A stretch of DNA of 64,000 bases from a bacterium (lineage in GTDB: Bacteria > UBA8248), in the NCBI GenBank assembly GCA_965213685.1, contig CBDBZY010000051.1:160001-224000 (forward strand), given 5' to 3'. The translations under genes and the position numbers were made by a program. The notes under the pieces were generated by a model. The model did not search any database, was not told the DNA's origin, and was given only the letters and a program-made list of their open reading frames with translations. This document shows, piece by piece, positions 48,453-64,000 of the stretch (its first letter is position 1; each line of letters opens with the position of its first letter).

Positions 48453-50429
48453 TCAGTTGGTCACCTTGATGGAGAATGGGCTGTCGTGGATCTCGCTGGC
48501 TGGGTCCTCCGTGTTCTCCCCCCACAGTAGGTGGAGCTTGTAGTCGCCGGGGTCCTTGGGGACGAAGGAGACGAGCATTGTGCCGTCCTGGTTGTTGGAG
48601 AGCTCCAGGGCTCCCTTGCTGGGGCCCTCCAGCTTGGCTCTGAGGGGGCCTGGCCCGGCACCCTCGTGAGGCACCACAGTGATGGTTCCCAGCTGGTTAC
48701 ACTTCATCCCTTCTGGGCCCAGAGCCTCTCCAGACGCAAAGACCAGTTGCGGGTTGCGCACAGCTGAGCCAGAGACTGTGGCGGAGTAGGGGCTGCCTGT
48801 GATGTGTTTGTCTGCCCAGAACACCTCGATCTTGTAGTCGCCAGGGGCAACGGGGTGGTAGGTCACTGTCATCGTGTTGTCCTGGTTGTTGGTGATCTCA
48901 ATTGGCTTGGGTGGGTGTGGCCCTGAGACTGACACGGAGAGAGAGCCTGGGCCAGCGTCTTCTGGTACATCCACTGTGAATGTGGCTGGCTGACCGACAG
49001 TGCCACCCTCAACCCCTGGCCCGTGGGCAACACAGAGGAGGGGGTTGATTGCTCTCCCCTCTCCTGTGATGGTGAAAGTGTGTGGGCTCATGGGCAGCTC
49101 CTCCTCCCCCCACTTCAGTATGAGCTGGTAGTCCCCGGGGTCATGGCAGGTGTAGCCAATCTCCACTCCCTCCTCGCTCGAGTCATCAGCAACGATGGTG
49201 GGCTTGGACGGACCAACAATCTTAACCCCTAGTGGCCCGGGCCCTGCCCCGGCCTCCCCTTCAACAAAGAACTTGAGATTTTCTCCGACGTTTCCCCCCT
49301 TCAGCCCCTCTCCTGTGACCTTCACCTTGGTGGGGTCGTTGAAGACTTCTCCTGTGATGGGGATGGTGAAGGGGCTGCCGTGAACATGTGCGTCTCCCCA
49401 CAGCACTCTGAGCTGGTAGTCTCCAGGGGCGGACGGGTTGTACACCACATCCACACATTTGTCCTCCTCGTTCTCCGTCATTTCCACAGGTTCGGCCTTG
49501 GACGGCCCCAGGATGTGGATCCGCAGACGAGCGTACCCAGCATCATCCTTGGTCCTGATCTTGAAGCGGCACGGCTCTGTGGTTGTCCCGGACACCAGAC
49601 CTGGGCCTGACGCAGAGCACTTGTCTGTGTAGGCTGCAAACTGTACGTTAGCCTTGAACGGGCTCCCGGGGATATGGTCTCCTCTGACCTTCACGCTCAC
49701 CGCGTGCTCCCCCGCCATGGTCGGCAGGTACGAGCAGGAGAACTGCCCGTTCCCGTGAGAGGTGACGTCCACGGGCTTGGTTCCCGTGGGGCCCAACACG
49801 CTCACCTCCAGCTCGTCCTCGTCCACGTCGTGGGGGCAGGAGACCTGGAAGTCGCCGTAGCAGTTCACCTCGAACGTCTCCAAGCCAGGCCCGAACGCCA
49901 CCAGCGCCACGGGCTGCTGCTCCTCTATCTTGGGGGGCTTGGCCGGCGGCACCTTGGCAGCTGGCGGAGCAGCGGGTGGCGGGGACGGCTTGACGGGAGC
50001 TTGCGTCGAGGGAGCGGGTGGCGGGGACGGCTTGGCCGGTATGGGAGCGGGTGAGGCGCTCTTTTTCTTCACCTGCATGGTGTAGGAGCTGACGTGGACG
50101 TTGCGTTTAGGCTTGGGCGCCACGGGAGGCGGCGGGCCTTTCTTCTTATCCGACGTCTTGCCGGCGAAGCTGATGACGGAATCGAAGATATCATCGATCT
50201 CTTTCTGCGCGTCCTTGACGTCCTTCGTCTTGAGCTTGACTCCGGCGCCAGAGGAAGAGGAAGAGGGAGGCGGTGGAGGAGGAGGGGGTGCTGGAGCGCC
50301 CGGAGGAGGAGGAGGCGGCGGCGGTGCTCCGCCGACAGAAACAGTCACAGAGACACCAGCTCCGCTCCCGCCGTCTTCCGTTATCCCCAGCTCGGCAAAG
50401 AGCCTGTCCGTCTCCGAGTCGATGTTCAT
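48453..50429 (-). CDS. Intronless protein with Pro-rich N-terminus and five filamin (Ig-like) repeats; no CH actin-binding domain
   Basis: Likely start MNIDSETD; five repeats of the form A.GPGL...F.V...GP.......Y.P..PG.Y.....W....I.GSPF. Confidence 0.88.
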   Translation of the reverse strand: MNIDSETDRLFAELGITEDGGSGAGVSVTVSVGGAPPPPPPPPGAPAPPPPPPPPSSSSSGAGVKLKTKDVKDAQKEIDDIFDSVISFAGKTSDKKKGPPPPVAPKPKRNVHVSSYTMQVKKKSASPAPIPAKPSPPPAPSTQAPVKPSPPPAAPPAAKVPPAKPPKIEEQQPVALVAFGPGLETFEVNCYGDFQVSCPHDVDEDELEVSVLGPTGTKPVDVTSHGNGQFSCSYLPTMAGEHAVSVKVRGDHIPGSPFKANVQFAAYTDKCSASGPGLVSGTTTEPCRFKIRTKDDAGYARLRIHILGPSKAEPVEMTENEEDKCVDVVYNPSAPGDYQLRVLWGDAHVHGSPFTIPITGEVFNDPTKVKVTGEGLKGGNVGENLKFFVEGEAGAGPGPLGVKIVGPSKPTIVADDSSEEGVEIGYTCHDPGDYQLILKWGEEELPMSPHTFTITGEGRAINPLLCVAHGPGVEGGTVGQPATFTVDVPEDAGPGSLSVSVSGPHPPKPIEITNNQDNTMTVTYHPVAPGDYKIEVFWADKHITGSPYSATVSGSAVRNPQLVFASGEALGPEGMKCNQLGTITVVPHEGAGPGPLRAKLEGPSKGALELSNNQDGTMLVSFVPKDPGDYKLHLLWGENTEDPASEIHDSPFSIKVTN

Positions 50430-50718
50430 GGCTGGTCGAGTAGGTGGAGAATTCGTGGAGAAGCACCCAATGTACGAAGCCCAAGAAAGCTTGACCGTGG
50501 CGTGCACTAAGAGTGAGGTGCCAGCAATGTACAGCTGGCTACGTATAAATCCGGACGGAACGTCACTTCCTGTTCCGCACCAGACAGGAAGTCGCAAGGC
50601 ACTAATAACCGTTAACCAATAATGGGAAAAATAGAGATTCAATCATGGGTGAAGAGAAAATACGGAGATAAGATAAGAAATGTGGACGGAGAGATGATGA
50701 AAAATGCATAAACAGTGG

Positions 50719-55909
<5,191 letters not shown>

Positions 55910-56574
55910 TCTCCCGCACGCCACGCAGGTGGCACTCGGCCATTAGGCCTTCCATGCAGATAACGTTCACAGGGCACGGTGACGGAGAGCCACCACAGTC
56001 TCTGCGCTAACTTGGCTGGCCTGAACGGCGGCTGGCGAGAGACGCGCTCAGACGCAGTCGTAACGCTATACGCCCGACTAACTGACCTCCAGTAGGCCTT
56101 CGTCCTGCTGTTCCGCCATTGGACAAGCCCGTCTCTCGTTCCTTGGTATCAGACAAAAGGCGCCGACGAAATGTCGCAGTCTGCACAGACACTTCCGCAC
56201 TCAACTGCACTGCCGTCACGCCGGTAAGGAGGCTCGGGGCGGTCTCCTTTGCGTCGGGCAGGCTCGCGTCTGAGAGCACTGGAGCTTTTATTGATACCGG
56301 TAGTGATCGAAGCAGGTGTCTTTGACGCCGCTCACGACATGGTGAGCAGGACAACACTCTTGGGAGGCTGAGTAGAGGGTTGCTAAGTGCACAGATTGTC
56401 TTCGCTCCAGGTGAGCGGTGGCTGGTTTCTCGAGTTTCGTCTCACTAAGTGCCCCAGTACTGCTGTTCTGAGATTAAATACTCACTTAGCTACGTCTAGT
56501 AGAGTCTCTTGGTTGTAGAAACTTTGGAACGCCTCAAGGGCTCCTACGCCATTCATACACTATGGCGCTTCTCT

Positions 56575-56630
56575 GCGGCGGCCATCTTGATTCAAAAAAT
56601 GCGGTAAACGTCAATAATGACGTCATCAAA
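56575..56630. promoter_or_regulatory. PHF12/UNC119 divergent promoter with YY1-like and CRE motifs
   Basis: GGCGGCCATCTTG (YY1-like) at about 56577-56589 and TGACGTCA at 56618-56625, within a CpG-rich island. Confidence 0.5.
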
Positions 56631-56715
56631 TTACCGGTACTAGTACTTGAGAGAATCTGCGCTCGCTGTCACATGTTGAGCTTTTAAAAGTTGTTATGCA
56701 GGTCTGTTGTAGGAG

Positions 56716-57864
56716 ATGAGCCAGAAAACTACCTCGGGAGGGAAAGAAGGCCACAAGGTCAATGCGGTAGGAGGCAGGGCGGGAGGCGCTAAGGTCAAAA
56801 GCCAATCGCGGCAGGCCCCCAAAAAAACAATGGCGAGAGTGACAGAGGCAGATCTGCGGCGCCAGCAAAATATCAGCCCGGAGGATGTCCTGCGCTTGGA
56901 CAGAGCTACAGAAGGTAAGGGACTCGTTTGTTCTCTCCCAATGTGTATTTGCGTAGCTAAGGGGCGGGGCCATCTCTCCGCAGGCTACCTCTGCGCGCCC
57001 GACGCCAACGTCTACAGCATTGAGTTCGTACGATTCAAGATCCGTGACCTGGACACGGGAACAGATTTATTTGAAGTCACGAAGGCAGAGGATGAGGAGG
57101 AGGAGGAGAATGAGCAGAAAGCAAGGGTGGAGGAGGGTGGGATGCACCTGCAGAGGGAGCCCGCCCGATATGTCAAGTACCAGTTCCCTCCTCAGTTCCT
57201 GAAGCTGAAGAGAATTGGAGCCCTGTAAGTAGCTTCCTTAGCATGTTGTTGCTGTATGGTGGTATGGTATTGCAGCCTTAGAAGTGTGGCAACCTTGCCT
57301 GGGGTTCTGGCCCTACAGAGTGGAGTTCACTGTTGGAGACCAGGAGGTGCGTAACTTCAGGATGGTAGAGAGACACTTCTTCAGGAACAAGCTGATGAAG
57401 ACTTTTGATTTTGACTTTGGATTCTGCATGCCCAACAGCCGCAACACGTGTGAGCACATCTATGAGATGCCTGACATCAGCCCCGAGGAGGGTGAGGAAA
57501 TGGCTGCCATTGTTACCATACATCACTGTCATAGTTAAGAGCCCTCATGGATGGGGTGGCCTATCTGTTCAGAATACAGCACTAGAGTTGGCTGAATGCA
57601 TTGGCAGGTGTTTATATATACTCTCATGGATAATCACAGGGCAATAGATGAGATTACACATTACATGCAGTGACCAGACCATACACAGTGTGAATGCTTT
57701 GATGTGGCTGTGCTCATGTTGTAATATGCATTGCTCATTCATGGCCCACAGAACTGGAGCTGATCAAACACCCTTATGAGACCAAGTCAGACAGCTTCTA
57801 CTTCGTAGAGAACAAACTGATCATGCATAACAAGGCAGACTATGCCTACAATGCTGCTATGTAG
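56716..57864 (+). CDS. UNC119: UNC-119 homolog (myristoyl-protein carrier), 4 exons
   Basis: [58 protein letters not shown] and [26 protein letters not shown]. Confidence 0.96.
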
Positions 57865-57978
57865 CTACATCCACCATGTACCAGCCACTCCGTTTGTTAT
57901 GTATGCATAATTATGACAGTACACAGCCACAAAACAGGGCTGCAAATAGAGAGGACGAGAAAAGGACAAGTGACTAGT

Positions 57979-58027
<49 letters not shown>

Positions 58028-58032
58028 GTCCA

Positions 58033-62367
<4,335 letters not shown>

Positions 62368-62461
62368 ATTGTTACCAACTTGTTCACACAACCCTTTGGT
62401 CTGTCGAGGGTAAAGGACGTGCGTGAGACCGTGCACCAGGCCAGAGGAGCTGTGCTGCGGA

Positions 62462-62495
62462 TTTTGAAAATTCAAAATTTTCGCAATCCCGCCAA
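62462..62495. promoter_or_regulatory. CHR pair and E2F-like site upstream of KNL1
   Basis: TTTTGAAAATTCAAAA (inverted TTTGAA pair) and TCCCGCCAA (TTGGCGGGA on the minus strand), about 100-130 bp upstream of the KNL1 ATG. Confidence 0.55.
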
Positions 62496-62645
62496 TTCTG
62501 AAACGGAAATTCGTAAAATCTCCGGATATCATCCTCGAAGTGTGGCGGCCCACCCTGCTTTCTAGCCTCCTACAGCAACTGCCTTTCTCATAAGCTTAGC
62601 AACACGGAGGAGAGTCCTACCTGGAAAGAGGGAAGGGAAGACAAC

Positions 62646-64000
62646 ATGATCACACCGTTCATGTGCGCCGGCTGCGAGAAGCCGATCATGGAACGCTTTT
62701 TGATGAAGGTGCTGGACAAGTCGTGGCATGTGCAGTGCGTTAAGTGCTCCGAGTGTCAGTGCGCACTGAACGAGAAGTGCTTCTCGAGGGAGAGCAAGCT
62801 CTACTGCAGGAACGACTTCTTCAAGTAACGAAATGAGCGTGGGCATGAGATGTTGGTGGGCTTTAATTTGGGTAGGAAGGCTCCTGTAGTGACATAATAT
62901 AGAGGGAGGGTTGAAATCTACTTAGGAAGTGACGTGTGTGTGTGTGTCTTTCCACCAGACTGTATGGCACCAAGTGTGCTGGGTGCAACACAGGTCTGTG
63001 TCCAGAGGACATGGTGAGGCGGGCCGTGGACAAGGTCTACCACTTGGCCTGCTTCGTGTGCTCACTGTGCCGGAAGGAACTGCAGACCGGAGAGCAGCTG
63101 TTCCTTGTACAGGTGCGAGGGATGGACAGGTGTCCAGTTGGAGGGCAAGACCTGCATGTACATGCTTTGTTTGCTTACTGTGGCACATGAGGTTGGACTG
63201 CATCTCTTGACTGACCTCCTCGCAGGGCGAGCGGTTCCTGTGTGAGAAGTGCTACCAAGTGTCAGTACAGTCCTCAGTGGCAGCCAATGCAGCAGCAGCT
63301 TCTTCCATCACCATGCCAACAGCCACCACCAACATGCCAAAATCTGAAGCTCTGAAGTTCAGTAAGTCCACACTGGTAGGTTTCAACTCTTGTATGAACT
63401 GAGCTGTTTTCTGCTCCCCAGCTTCTCCCCTGCCGCTAGGCGTGGAGTCTCCTCAGGCACACCTTCCCACCACACCCTCCACCCCTCACTCCCTCCCAAC
63501 TCCCACAGGTAGCTCTGGAAGTGGAGATGGGAAGAGGTCAAAGGGCAGAACCACAATTAGCCCGCAGCAGCTGGAAGTGCTGGTGGAGGTGAGGAGGGTG
63601 GGAAGGGAGAGTGCTGGGTATGAGGCTACATGACAGCATGAGTTGGGTGGGTGTGTGGTGGAGGTGAGGAGGGTGGGGAGGGAGAGTGCTGGGTGGCGTG
63701 ACAGCATCAGTTGGGTGGGTGTGTGGTGGAGGTGAGGAGGGTGGGGAGGGAGAGTGCTGGGTGGCGTGACAGCATCAGTTGGGTGGGTGTGTGGTGGAGG
63801 TGAGAAGGGTGGGGAGGGAGAGTGCTGGGTGGCGTGACAGCATCAGTTGGGTGGGTGTGTGGTGGAGGTGAGGAGGGTGGGAAGGGAGAGTGCTGGGTGG
63901 CATGACAGCATGAGTTGGGTGGGTGTCACCCTGTGTGGCTCTGAAAACCAACATATGTGTGGGAGACTTATGACGAATCAAAACTTGTGTGTAATGTGAC
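62646..64000 (+). CDS. LIM-homeobox transcription factor (Lhx1/5- or Lhx3/4-like), 3' partial; last visible exon ends at 63588
   Basis: LIM1 [57 protein letters not shown]2 [19 protein letters not shown], and homeodomain start [12 protein letters not shown]. Confidence 0.9.
63581..63925. repeat. 68-bp minisatellite (about 5 units) starting at the Lhx exon/intron boundary
   Basis: GAGGTGAG recurs at 63586, 63661, 63729, 63797 and 63865. Confidence 0.9.

Noticed and set aside
50430-50642. 71-aa N-terminal extension of the filamin-repeat ORF
   Set aside because: It begins at a non-ATG codon and spans promoter-like DNA with ETS motifs; ATG 50429 has good context.
56007-56357. 116-aa ORF upstream of PHF12
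   Set aside because: No ATG start or recognisable domain; likely 5' UTR, intron or CpG island, though an extra PHF12 exon is not excluded.
57540-57665. Possible H/ACA snoRNA in the last UNC119 intron
   Set aside because: Only weak hairpins and generic ANANNA/ACA matches; not supportable without folding and conservation analysis.
63581-63925. Regularly spaced repeats resembling a CRISPR array
   Set aside because: Whole units repeat with no unique spacers, no cas genes are present, and the site is a eukaryotic intron.

Overview
Compact, intron-rich animal genomic DNA with short GT-AG introns, many (CA)n/(GA)n/(CCT)n microsatellites, CpG-poor gene bodies and CpG-rich head-to-head promoters. 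The style suggests a demosponge (inference only). About 23 protein-coding genes were reconstructed by eye across introns: CCT6 (partial), malectin, three tandem TLC-domain (FAM57/TLCD3-like) genes, CCDC157, PSPH, two HPD copies, a C6orf163-like gene, NCoR/SMRT, BOLA2, a small single-pass membrane protein, an intronless AOAH, an Ig-type receptor tyrosine pseudokinase, an HCFC1R1/CCDC117-like gene, PRPF19, BLOC1S1, DNAAF4, a Sel1-repeat protein, a filamin-repeat protein with a zyxin-like N-terminus, PHF12, UNC119, KNL1 and a LIM-homeobox gene (partial). Non-coding structure includes a roughly 4-5 kb tandem duplication (PSPH 3' part + HPD) with reciprocal decay, a minimal hammerhead ribozyme, two intronic C/D snoRNA candidates, a tRNA-Lys-derived element, two MITEs, a gene-conversion tract and several minisatellites. 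No prokaryotic or CRISPR features are present. Most ORF-track entries are artefacts of introns and simple repeats. Family assignments rest on recalled motifs, not database searches.
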